Below, in pieces: positions 1 through 11,862 of a DNA stretch of 64,000 nt. Source of the DNA: Phoronis australis (taxonomy: Eukaryota; Animalia; Phoronida); contig NMRA01000006.1 in NCBI GenBank assembly GCA_002633005.1, forward strand, positions 1,975,469 through 2,039,468, read 5' to 3'. Below the pieces are notes generated by a model, which worked only from the letters and a program-made list of their open reading frames with translations, searched no databases and was not told where the DNA came from. Every line of letters starts with the position of its first letter. The first letter of the stretch is position 1. The translations under genes were made by a program, and so were the position numbers.

Positions 1-405
1 AACGATAGGTGACAGTCAGTATTGAAGTAATCGCAAGGTGGCGCTGATGTATCGCGTACATGCTAACATTTTTTTAAAGTGACAATTTGAGAACATTTAC
101 CAGTGTTAATTGGGGCAACTTATTTCTAATTCAATTGGTGATTATTTCAGCAACATATAAGCAACTATTAGCGACAACACTGCCCTTAGTTGTTGACGAT
201 AACACTGGCCCCTGGCCATAACTTGGATGGGACCGAAGGTGACCCCTCATATCGCACTGCAGCATCGACACTGTGCTGTTAAATCCAGCTGTTTACCACA
301 AAGTTAACCGGCGCTGTTAACTTCGATCTTGGACCAAAGTTAACCGTTCATACTGACCGCAACACCCCAAAACATCGACGCGTCGACATTAGTTTGAAAG
401 GGCCT
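1..405 (-). mobile_element. MITE copy (partial), inverted relative to 11087-11570
   Basis: Long reverse-complement similarity to 11087-11470; ends in agtttgaaagggcctta. Confidence 0.75.
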
Positions 406-1184
406 TATATCATACTTCAAATCGTGCACATAAAATACAAGAATTGGATGATTGTCTTGACAGCAACTGACAATAACCAATAAGGAACAGTGAAGGGGAG
501 TGCCACACAGTTAATCCACGAAAATAAAATAATCTATTTCATAATACACAATATCATTTTTTAAGTTTCGAGGCTCATGATGAATTTTTGTTCCTTCCCT
601 GGTCACCCAATCCCAATTTTCATTCATGATCACGGATTTGCGCTAATTTCACAGTTCCGGATAGCCTAAAAGTACAAAATCGCATTGCCCGTAACCTTCA
701 AACAGTTGGGTTCGTGGATATGAAAAACAGTTGTAGTTTCATCTTCAAACGACAAAAAATTGTTTCAGAGGTTACTTTCAACCCTTCCAGGAAGTGAAGT
801 ATAAGAATTATGGCGACACGCTGTGATACAAGCTGTAACAAATTGTGAATATTGAACAAAACCAGATATCTATTCTGGTACAAATTTTCTCAATACTGAC
901 GACAACAGATTCAAAAATACCAGATGACGACATTAACACAGCCTACAGGCATCATTGTATTGCAATAAAGCGGATTTATGAGTATTAGGACTATAAATTC
1001 TCGGATAACAGTATTTACTACAGCAAATTATGCTACCCACAAAGCTAAGAAAAAACAATGCATTGTAATAGTCTGAACAGATTCTTAAAGTACGAAATCG
1101 ATATTCATTTAGGAGCCAACACATGGCATTTAAATTTAGAAACTAATAAAATAAGGGCGCTGATGTTTAAGTTGCATTTCATAC

Positions 1185-1479
1185 AGTTTAGGTGGCTAAA
1201 ACAAAAACCAAATTAGGCATTTTACTCTCATAAAATTAGTCTCGTAATTTTCCTTAACATGATAGGTTTATGTTAGCGTTATCCACAAGAACATCGATGC
1301 ATCAGCGACTCAAAAAAACATTCGAGTTTATTGCAGCAGGCAAACCCTAAAAGTTGTGAACTCGTAAATAATGCATGTGGGCATTGCCTTTGACTTGAGG
1401 TGGTAAAGGCATTGGAATTCTATCCCGATTTTATGAGAATAAAGAGTCTATTTTGATTTTCGTTTTCAGCTAGTTAAAC
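1185..1479. mobile_element. Degenerate MITE with about 50-bp terminal inverted repeats
   Basis: ..gctaaaacaaaaaccaaattaggcattttactctcataaaat vs attttatgagaataaagagtctattttgattttcgttttcagc. Confidence 0.55.
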
Positions 1480-1832
1480 GAGGCGAAACAAAGTTCTAAG
1501 CCAAATATAACAGAACAGGTCCAGTAGGTACTATAAAAGAGAAATTTTCAATGAATTTGTTGATGGGTGCATTGCCAATCGTGAGCATTAAGACAAACAA
1601 ATGCATTTTACACAAACGACTGAGCTTCAGAAGTCTGCCTGCCATGTTACTAATAATCTCCACACACAAATTCTTAAAACATATTGCATGAGTTTACACA
1701 AACAATACATTTTAACAAGACCTACCATACTAAGGACATCAAAGGAGAAATTCTTAAAAATTAATTACATGAGAATACTGTCCAAGTCTGACCAAACTAT
1801 TGTTCAGTAATGTGAATAGTTCCAAAGAACCT

Positions 1833-1882
1833 TCAGAAGCCAGGTTCCACTTCTGGTGGGCGTGTGGAATGACAATACTCAC
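1833..1882 (-). CDS. Candidate terminal coding exon C ((G)EYCHSTRPPEVEPGF*)
   Basis: ctttgtgcag| acceptor; phase-1 reading to TGA. The junction could instead be a donor (see findings). Confidence 0.35.
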
Positions 1883-2898
1883 CTGCACAAAGGCGGTAAT
1901 ATAAGCAGTCTATATATAATCAAATTGGATAACCACACTAACAGTTCATCATTGAGTAACAAAACAAGCAAAAACACAACGTCAAGACAGCACTGACATC
2001 CGGAAAAATGGGGAAAATGCGTCACGAGTGCGCTACGAGCAAGTTGTTGTATAATAACACACCAGCCTTCCAGACAACAACGGAAAGCGGTCAGTTTTAT
2101 ACATGATCAGTTTGTGTACTAATGTACAAACCATTTTTCCCTTGACAGCTTCGTGTTAAAAAAGATGGGCGTACAAGCTATTGGAGATGAATCTTAAGTG
2201 TTCGAATTATTAGAGATAAAACATTATAAATAGCAATGAATTACTAAGGGCAACTTCTGACATGGTGGTTTGGCAATGTAAATTATACTACCACAAGTAA
2301 CAAATAATTCACGAATGATGGATTTACTTCAAACTAGAATACTTGGACTCTTTGTCACTTCATTTTCTTCCCATGTTCGCAAATAACAAGACCCGGGCAA
2401 CAAGACCTCCAATTTCAGCATTGACGCTGTCTGAATGCAACTGCAGTACACTAAATAAAAGTTAAAACTCGTCTTCGAAAAAAAAATCAGGCCAGAGAAT
2501 GTGAGGTTGCCAACCTTCCCAATTAAGTATAGGTGGGAGGCCCACAACAATGATTCCTTTTCTGGAGTCCAGTCTAAATGAGTGGATGTCCTTTAAGTTT
2601 CCAACTGCATCCCTCACTAACATCTATAATACCAATATCCATACCAATACCCTAAAAGAAATTCTGTAACTAACCACTAAAACTTTGAGATGGTTGGGTC
2701 GATCACGCCAACACTGCGTGAGGCCCTATAACTTAGCCCCATAGTGAAATCGATTCGACACTTGGCGCAAAGCTTCTGCTTCATAATATTTTGAGTGCCT
2801 TCAAAAATTGTTGACTAAGTCCATATCTCCCAACCCCATGTCCTGGTATATAGGTCACGTGTCAGTTCATGGCTGACAGGTCGCGAAAAGTGGAGTGT

Positions 2899-3011
2899 TC
2901 AGGAGTTCCTATGACGTTGCTCTGAACTTGGGTTGTTGTTGGGATGCGTTTCACTGTTGTCGTGCCATTCTCCGTACGTTCCTTCTTCATGATTCTCGCC
3001 CGAGGTCATTT
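2899..3011 (-). CDS. Candidate alternative terminal coding exon A ((E)MTSGENHEEGTYGEW..RHRNS*)
   Basis: tttttaatgtag| acceptor; open in phase 1 for 37 codons; composition differs from the flanking intron-like DNA. Confidence 0.35.
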
Positions 3012-3762
3012 CTACATTAAAAATTCAGTGTTGTTACCCCCACGTTGTGAGCCGCAATTGTTCCCATGCATTGCACAAGTGCCAGTCAGTGTCATTATAT
3101 AACTCATAGTTCTATTGTGTTCCCAAAAGACTTCCCATGACTGAATAGAGCACTTTTACGCATAATGACTTCACCATTAGCAAATAGTTTTTTCATCTGT
3201 GTTAACAACAGTAACAACAATCACCACCGCAATATTAATCAGCAATTTTCAATGGCTCACGCTGAATTTTGGAATGAGCAAAAGCTAATTCTAATGGCTT
3301 GCGTACGAAATTTTGGAACAGACAAAAATTAATTTCTTCTTTTCACTTTCACTGGAATGAATGATTGATGTTAAAAACCAAGAGTACCACAATTATTCAA
3401 TACATACAGGTATGGAAGTAATCAAACACTGCTGGATACGAATGACTTTCTCATTGATAATGCTGAATGAGATGTCAGCAAAGAGAGAGACAATGGAAAT
3501 TTGAAATCCCTTCTGTAGCAAAAGCTTGAACGAGGACTTATAAACACCCAGTGAGAAAATTGATGTTCCCAGAGAAGGTCATGAAAAATCATATTGACAA
3601 GTATGGGTATTGATGCCAGTAAGATTATCACATATAAATGTTCTAAGTAACAGTTTTCTAAATAGTGTTTTTGAGAACGATGCACAAAGCATAGTATCTG
3701 AAAATTTTGTATGAATTTGATAAGTCAAATTTGGTCATTTTTCCATGATCCCACATAACTAT

Positions 3763-4192
3763 AGTCCCGTTAGACATCAACTTTTGGCCCGGCACAACCG
3801 ACACGGACCAAATTGATCAGTGTCAAGCAGCCATTTACACACACAACTCACAAACTGTGGTAAGAATGAAGTTGTAGGCTGGAGAGTGGATCACACATGC
3901 GCAGGTTTACAAACTGCGAGAGTTGCAGAGACAGAGAACCCGTATGTAGGTCATTGCACAAGCGCAGCAGAGATGATCCTGTCCGCCTTGCCTCACTTTC
4001 GCGTTTAGACATATAACTGACACGGAGCAAGATGATCGAGAGCAAACTCCTCTTCCTCACAAACGGGTGGCAAAAGTTGTCACTGCGATGTCAATTTCCT
4101 CTAGGTCAGTCCTGTTTACACACATACTTGCGCTAGAACATCTCGTTCTGTGTCAGCTGATCGGTGTCGACTTTTGTAGTGTTAACGGCACT
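3763..4192 (+). mobile_element. Non-autonomous DNA element, copy 1
   Basis: Termini agtcccgttagaca / agtgttaacggcact; body aligns by eye to 8635-9405. Confidence 0.7.
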
Positions 4193-4413
4193 TTTAACAT
4201 TTTGATGGGTCAACATATGGTGGTCCCTGCCACCTCCTCTTAAGTTCATTCTTGCTAACTTTTCAGCCACAACAGTGCAAGTGCCATAAATTATGTAAGT
4301 CAAATCTCACTATGAGCAAAATTACAACCTATTTACAACCCCCGAAAATGGGACAGACTAATTTCACAGGAAATAAGAGTCTTCTGATAGTAAGTGTCAT
4401 TGCAGAACCTCCA

Positions 4414-4596
4414 CAATTGACCTATCGTCAGGATTTTGAGTGACGGCTTAACTGACCAATCAGAATGCAGCATTCTTGACACACCTTCGTTTCCAAGCTG
4501 CCATTCTACCCAACAAACAATATGCTACCACTGGAAAAACTTATTGTTTGTTTGTCGACATTTCGCAAGGGGGCGGAGCTTGTGATACGTCAATTG
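4414..4596 (+). mobile_element. About 183-bp MITE, copy 1
   Basis: TIRs caattgacctatcg / tgatacgtcaattg; inverted copy at 9590-9770. Confidence 0.8.
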
Positions 4597-4888
4597 CAAA
4601 TAGGTTTAATTCCTTCCCAAGGACATTCCTCGTTAGTAATGGAGAGAAGAGTTTTGTGAAATTGTTCCTGAGATAATATGCTCCATTTTGACTCTAATGG
4701 CTCAAACACATTATCATGCGTTAAAAGGCAATCACTTTCGCAAGTACATCCGCAAGTAACAAAATGCTGGGCAAACCGCCAGCAATGTGAACAGTGCAAG
4801 GTTTATTCACTGAGCTGCCACTTTACTTGTGGTTTGAGTTGCTCCAAAACTGTTGGCGTACTTCCCAAGCATTTTAGTAGCCATGCTG

Positions 4889-5550
4889 GTAGTGTAGCGT
4901 TACAACGATAAAACCCCTGCTGGTCACAGTGTTTGTATTGCTACAGTTTTCTAAGAATATAAGTCTAAACATGAGTATATTTTACCGGGTACCGATAAGC
5001 CTCACAAAACACTTCACTGATGACGAGAGTAGGGGATGGGATGTAGTGTAGCGTTATAACGATACAACCCCCAGCATTATAACGATACGACCCCTAGTGG
5101 TCACAGCATTTGTATTACTACAGTTTGCTACGAATATAAGTCTAAACGTGAATATATTTTACCCAGCACCAGGGATGGGATGTAGTGTAGTGTTATAACT
5201 ACCGTATACAACCCTTAGCATTATAACAATATGACCCCTGCAGTCACAGCGTTTGTATTATTACAGTTTTCCACTAAAATACAGAATATAAGTCTAAACG
5301 TGAATATATTTTACCCAGTACCGGGGATGGGATGTAGTGTAGCGTTATAACAATACAACCCCTAGCGTTATAACGATACCACCCCTAGCAGTCACAGCGC
5401 TTGTATTATTACAGTTTTCTACAAATATAAGCGTACACGACGTGAATATATTTTCCCAGAACCGATAAGCCTCACAAAACACTTCACTGGCGACAAGAGT
5501 AGGGGATGGGACGTAGTGTAGCGTTATAACGACACAACACCTAGTGGTCA
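4889..5550. repeat. Minisatellite, about 4.3 copies of a 140-180 bp unit
   Basis: gtagtgtagcgttataac..ggtcacagc..gaatataagtctaaacgtgaatatattttaccc recurs near 4889, 5043, 5182, 5334 and 5513. Confidence 0.9.
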
Positions 5551-6019
5551 CACCATTGGTATCATTAGTTTTCTAGGAATGCGAAGCACCGGTTCCAGCT
5601 AGTTATTACTAAAATTCTTTACACTGAACAAAAAATTTCACCTGATTGCTCAAAATGAATATTCAATTCCAAGTTCATGAACACACAGTCTTCATGCACA
5701 GCAAGCAGCCACACTGCTTACTTTATAGGCTTACATATACACAATGGAAAGCTCAAGTTACTTGTTAAACCTGTTGTGTTGATACTTCATTGCAGATAGT
5801 GAACATGCTTGACACTGAATTCTGCTTTAGAAGCAGTGTGTAGGGGTAGAGTGAAAACAAAGTGCTGGCCAAATATGACCCCTTGTAGACAAAGTTTATG
5901 GGTCACCCAATGTATCAGCCATCTTAAAACAAAAGCCAACATTGTATCATAAAATCTTGAAAACCTTATAATTTCAAGACTAAAGAATTCCTTGTTTTTA
6001 TCAATTTTGATTGATTTTA

Positions 6020-6400
6020 AATTGCTTGGAATTGAATTTAGACAAGATTTTGTGAGTTTTCCACAAAGTTATTGAGTTTTTTTACACAAACATATTCAGG
6101 TCATTGACACTAGATTGCCAGACTTTTCTGAGAACACCAATCGAATTTTTCCGCTACTACTGTTTGGAAATCCAAGGTGATTTTTGCAACTGGATTATTA
6201 GCTTGTTTTTTTTTTCAATTTTAATTAATTTTTATTACTTGGAATTGAAATTGGACAAGATTCCATGAGTTCTCCACAAAGTTATTGAGTTTTTTTACAC
6301 AAACACTTTGAGGTCATTGACAGACTTCTTGGGAACATCGACAGAATTTTTTCACTACTATTTTTTGAAAATGCAAGGTGATTTTTGTACCTAGATTAAG
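6020..6400. repeat. Tandem duplication, two diverged copies of about 200 bp
   Basis: cttggaattgaa..gacaagatt..ccacaaagttattgagttttttacacaaaca occurs twice. Confidence 0.85.
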
Positions 6401-6869
6401 GATCATTACTCATTTCTATGTACTCTACAACATGCAAAAATCTGGTATCAACTGAATTTCAACTGCCGCATTCGCCAAACCCGGATCTAGCAACTTTCAC
6501 ACGCGGCACTTGACGAGAATCAATTTCCCGCGAGAAATAAAATGAACAGCAATAACTTGACGGTAAGAATGTGCCAATGCTCGGAGTCGTAACATCCTGC
6601 AGTTACTTAGCACTGAAATATCCCTAATAAAGGAGTTGTATATTCTCCAAAATGATGTCATACTATACCCCTTGTGGCCACCCACTTCGTTCAATTTGTA
6701 GAAAGCGTTCAACTGAAGATTAAGGTAAAATTGACTAGAGGGAAGCCATATCTTAAAGCACCGCAAGGTGTGAGAAGAATAAATCGGAGTGCATTTCGTC
6801 GTGACTTATCCATTAAATCAGATGGTATCACGTGACACAAGACAATGAGGAAATATATCAGATGTTTAC

Positions 6870-6897
6870 CTGCTTGAGGCTGCTTGTTAAAATAACC
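6870..6897 (-). CDS. Candidate 28-nt microexon (GYFNKQPQA) of the same unidentified gene
   Basis: tgtggtag|GGTTATTTTAACAAGCAGCCTCAAGCAG|gtaaac; phase 0 to phase 1. Confidence 0.4.
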
Positions 6898-7125
6898 CTA
6901 CCACATCAACAGAAACCAATCATTGAAATCTTCAGTTACGCTCAACACCGGAAAGACTAGCTACAATAACATTAACTCAAGAATAAAAAATACCATTCTA
7001 AAGATCTTTGTTTCCAAACACTTCATATCACCAATATCCAGAGTTCTAGATCCGCTCATGCGTATTGTTGAACCTAAACTTTCCAGGAAACCCCATTTTT
7101 TCAACCAGCTGGTGTCCTAGCTTAC

Positions 7126-7146
7126 CATCTGCCAATAAGGCAAATC
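7126..7146 (-). CDS. Candidate 21-nt microexon (DLPYWQM) of an unidentified minus-strand gene
   Basis: gtaacag|GATTTGCCTTATTGGCAGATG|gtaagc; joins in frame with 6870-6897. Confidence 0.4.
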
Positions 7147-7275
7147 CTGTTACAGGGTTTTAAATTCCACTCAAATTGTAGCAGACTAATAATGACGTCA
7201 AGACAGAAGTTTTAAGAGCACATTTTGACAACTGTTTTACATGCCGTTTACATTGAGGACTTAAAATCAATTTGA

Positions 7276-7784
7276 ACTCCCGTTCACAGCTCAAATCACT
7301 TTAAATAAGAAGCGTATATAAATGCAGGCGGTTTAGCTTAAATCAATTCAGTCTAAACCTGTCCGAGGAGGTTGTTTCAAACTGATTTAACTTAAACTGA
7401 TACTTACCTCGCATTGATGAGTGAACACACTGATCGATTTGACTCAAATGGGGTAAATGGCATATACCTCCGCATGTGCAGATCTAGGTTCCAGAGTCTA
7501 TCTTTGTCCAAAATTTCCCCACGTTAATTAAAGTATAAAAATAAATATTCTCTGGTTTTATATCCGTTGAAACACAAGCTATTAAGGCTGACGTGAAGAC
7601 GTCCAAAACAATTCAATTGCCCGACACTTTATTAGTGTTAGGAAAGTGAAAACTGACCGTGCACTAGATTCTTTCGGCAGATTTCACAGCACTGATTCCG
7701 TCTTTGTAGTGTAGACGCGGAGACGAAGTGATTCAAGCAAATCTATTTAAAGCAAGTGATTCCAAGCTCTAATGTGAATGGAGT
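7276..7784. mobile_element. Probable MITE
   Basis: TIRs actcccgttcaca / tgtgaatggagt. Confidence 0.5.
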
Positions 7785-8634
7785 AACACATACATACTGA
7801 TCAAGAAAGCAAGTGACAGGTCAGCTGGGCCAGAAAGCCTGATAGGTGTTGAGATGTGCTTCTTCCATGCTTGGTAAAAACATCAGAGCAGATTGTAGCA
7901 TCTACCACTTACGACTAGCATTTCTTAAAAAAATCATCGAGGAGACTCTGCGTATTATTAAAAGGATGCTAAACCTGTTTCGATGATTTCAACAAATCTT
8001 CGTTCTGTCACTTTCTAATGCATCATTGGCATCAATCTTCCAAGTTAAAGGCAGCAATCAACAAAAAAATTACACTCCCTTTGTCACAGATTGGACATTA
8101 TGGTCCATCGTGGGTGGTCTTTTCCCACAGTTGCTGTATAACTCACTACAAGCGTAGGTTAAGCTTGCTCGTTTAATAGACTTTGAAAGAAGTTTTCAAT
8201 TTTTTTTCAAACTTTTGAGGGTTATCGAGGGTTACAGAGCATTATTTTGTTCCACAGAACTGGATGGGAAAGTCGTTTTCAGTACCTATTAATGGGCCAA
8301 AACTGGGTTTGTTACCCACTCTGGTGTAAGGCCGGGCTGCAACACAGACTATTACCATACTCTTCCAAGTTAACGCCTACAATGGACTTAACACCCACCC
8401 ACCAAAATTTCAAAAGTGTTCACTTTTAACAGGTCTATTTGTGGTTAAATAACAGTTCTCAATTTCTACAACAAACACATCTTTGAAAGCTTTATGAAAT
8501 CCTGCCTAGTGTGAATTTCATGTCCCAAAAGGTACAAAACTGCCAAACTTTTGACTAACGAAAAGGGAGACGTTCTGCAACACCTAGCCCAAATCTGAAA
8601 ATACAAGTACTCTCCCACTACACTTCATTTGTAG

Positions 8635-9405
8635 CCCAGTTTAGACAATAACTTTGACATGGGGCAACTGAGACGATCGGTGTCAAGCAGACGTTTACAC
8701 ACACACACACACACACACCCACACACACACACACACATTACCCAGAAATGGTGACAAGGCAGACGTTGTACGCAGGAATGTGGAGTACTCGTTTTTAAAA
8801 TTGCAAATTGCGGGGAGTGACACTTCATTATTATAATTCATTATCAATAATAATACTATTATTAATGTTGATGTTGTTATTGTGCTTCTAATTCAGTCAG
8901 TGTATGTAATACGCGAAATTGAGTTTTGCTTCAATGATTTTTTGGATCAGCTGATTAAAGTTTTTACCAGTAGGCCTACTGTACATAACCAAACCAAGCA
9001 TTTGAATTGAACCCAGTCTTGACTGTTAACTACGTGTAATTTTCTGACAATTTACTGACAAAATAAATTGTAGTCAGGATAAAAGTTTAAAGACTAGGCA
9101 AAGAACAGCTGACTGGCAAATCGCAGAAACTGCGCGAGATTGGTCACCTATATATATGTGCGTTTTAACACAAGCACAGTAGAGATGATCCCTTCCGCCT
9201 TTCCCTAGTTTCCTGTTTAGACATTTAGTTTACAGGAAGTAAGATGATTGGGCGCAACTTGCTCTGCCTCACATACGGAAGACAAAAGTTGTCACCGTGG
9301 TGTCAACTTGCTCCATGACAGTCCTCTTTACAAACATACTTGCGCCCAATCATCTCGTTTCATGTCAGGTGATCTGTGTCAACTTTTGTAGTGTAAACAG
9401 GACTT
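8635..9405 (+). mobile_element. Non-autonomous DNA element, copy 2 (with internal CA repeat and extra sequence)
   Basis: Shares tgtcaagcag..tttacacacac, agagatgatcc..ccgcctt and acttttgtagtgt with copy 1. Confidence 0.65.
8697..8738. repeat. (CA)n microsatellite
   Basis: about 20 CA units with one interruption. Confidence 0.95.
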
Positions 9406-9589
9406 ACGACTCTTCACACTAGTCTGGTGTAAATGCAGCACAATGAGCACTTACAAGAATCGACCGTAAGTTAACACCCATCGTCTGACTTTTCAAAAAT
9501 GATGTTTTTAATTCCTCACACTGAACGATCCCCATCCCCTGCTTTTTGAGTCCAGTCCCTAATTTGAGCGTTCAAAGCGTTACCCCCAA

Positions 9590-9770
9590 AAATTGACCTA
9601 TCGCAAGCTCTGCCCCCTTGCGAAATGTCGAAAAAACAACCAATAAGTTTTACCTGGCAATGTGTTGTTTGAAGGGTAAATGGCGGCTAGGAAACGGAGG
9701 CGTGTCAAGAATGCAGCGTACTGATTGGTCAGTTAAGCCGTCACTCAAAATCCTGGCGATAGGTCAGTTG
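9590..9770 (-). mobile_element. About 183-bp MITE, copy 2
   Basis: aattgacctatcg ... cgataggtcagttg; reverse complement of 4414-4596. Confidence 0.8.
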
Positions 9771-11086
9771 TAAGAACACAAATGTAAGATACTCAATCGT
9801 CTAAACAAAAGCTAAAAAAAGCCAATAAGAACACACAAAATCAATTCTTCATTAGTAAGCCTCAGTTTGATGAGCGACAGTTGGAACTATAGTTTTACTG
9901 ACAAGAAACCAGTTTTTGAAAGTAAGGATTTTACGAGGACAATCTGGAGACTTCAACTGAATGATAATCTCATCTGGTTTAATTTTAAAGGTGAAAATAC
10001 TAATAAGAATATCATGTCAAGGAAGTTGTATCGTCATGAGAGGATTTAGCCTAAACTTGACAAACAAATCAATATTGATCAACAGATACCTACAATTCAG
10101 GTTTAGTATGCACTATGATTTCTTGGAATGCTAATCAAACTGAATGGTAGGTCAAGTCACCTAATGACAAAGTAGAGACTAGGAAAAACACATTCTTGTG
10201 TAACTACACTCTTCAAACCCAAACACCAATAGTACAGAACAAGACATGCCAAGGAAACGCAAATTATGAACACAGACAGAACAACACGGTTTATGACAGC
10301 CAAAATTTGAACACCGCATATGCTACCAGAAACGGACCTCTACATCAAACTTCAACCAAAAACAATGGGTGTGAGTCAAGGGCAGATTCACGTTTTGTGT
10401 TGATTTCGTGACAATAAGACTTAAAAGCAATCTGTATCAGATAACAAAGAAAGTAAATCTAAAAAATTAAATTGTCAAGAACCGTCAAGAAATTCTAACA
10501 CCGAATCAGTACAAAGGTAGTATAGACTGATTAAGCACTTGACTCAAAATCTTCAGTATGTCCACCACCTTTGGTCAACAAAGGGTTTTTTTCGTAACTG
10601 GTAAAGTATATTTTTCCCTAATTCAATATTTCTAAAATTTGAATCTTACAACTTGACATCAATAGAGCCTAGGGACTTTTTATGGAATTCAAGAAATATA
10701 CAATTTGCAGAAAAATCTTCTCCCGACCAGCTGTTTCTAAAATTCAAGTTGAAAATGAGTTATGTCCGTGACTAGGAGTAAATTACAAAATAGTTTCCAT
10801 GGAAATCTTAACCTATGCTCTGGGCCATGTTTAAAATCTTGAGCCATGTTTGAACCCGTTTAGCTTTTTTATGTTTGTTACACAAATTTGAAATAGCATA
10901 GTACTTAATATTTTAATTCTTTTGCAAAAGAATAAAAATGATGTGGTCAGCAACTGAAAATAATGGAGTAGCTACGTTGTGTCAATCTGTGCATTAGCTG
11001 CAAACTGATAATGAGCACTTTGAGCCTCATACAGTTTTATGTAAGTCATGGAAGTTTGTCATAATCTTTCCAAGACATACCTCTCA

Positions 11087-11570
11087 TAAGGGCCTTTCAT
11101 ACTAACGTCGACGCGTGGATTTGGGGTCAGTATGAACGCTTAGTTTCGGTCTTGAATCAAAGTTAACAGTGCCAGTTAACTTCGAAGTAAACAGGTGAAT
11201 TTAAGAGTGGAGCGTCAACGGTGTGGTGCAGTATGAACGGTCGCTCCCATCCAAGTTATGGCCACGTGCCACTGTTATTGTCAACAATTACGGGGTAGTG
11301 TTGTGGCTAATAGTTGCTAATATTTTGGTCTAATAATCGCCAATCTAATTAAAAATAAGTTTTATGCAAATTAGCCCATGTAAATGTTCCAAAATTGTCA
11401 CATTAAAAAAATCTTAGCGTGCAGCGCTACCTTGCGATTACTTCGATGGCAAAAGTGTCACCTACCAATTACTTCGAAGTCCGTTAACTACCAAAGCCAG
11501 TATGAATGGTTAAGTTAACTTCGCAGTTTACATTTACACTCCGCTCAGACGGGAGTATCAAAAGGCCTGA
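11087..11570 (+). mobile_element. MITE, PIF/Harbinger-like
   Basis: TIRs agggcctttcatact / agtatcaaaaggcct; second copy at 1-405. Confidence 0.75.
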
Positions 11571-11576
11571 ATACTG

Positions 11577-11862
11577 TAATAAAGGGAATGGCAGTACTTT
11601 CTACCCAAATCTAATTATATCTGTTGGACGTCTTGTGAGATTCTCAATCTGGCCATGTAGCATTACAAGCTTGTCAATCACTAACTACCCTGTGATTGCC
11701 TGGTGTCCGGCCTTCAATTTCACCATCAATGAATGACCACAATCGAAGGTCGGGCAACAGCCAATCACGGCATAGCTAGTGATTGACAAGCACGCCACGC
11801 AGTGGTGAGGTTGAGAACCTCACGACAATTATGGCTGATAGCAGTTCCAAATACCTTTATTA
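11577..11862. mobile_element. Palindromic MITE
   Basis: Termini taataaagg / cctttatta; internal inverted pair cttgtcaatcacta / tagtgattgacaag. Confidence 0.7.

Noticed and set aside
2730-2815. Minus-strand FEGTQK resembling the AdoMetDC N-terminal FEGTEK
   Set aside because: Flanked by stops and no further similarity; likely chance.
2860-2910. TCC-TGA on the minus strand as an antizyme +1 frameshift site or selenocysteine codon
   Set aside because: The +1 frame closes after 12 codons, there is no antizyme similarity, and no convincing SECIS.
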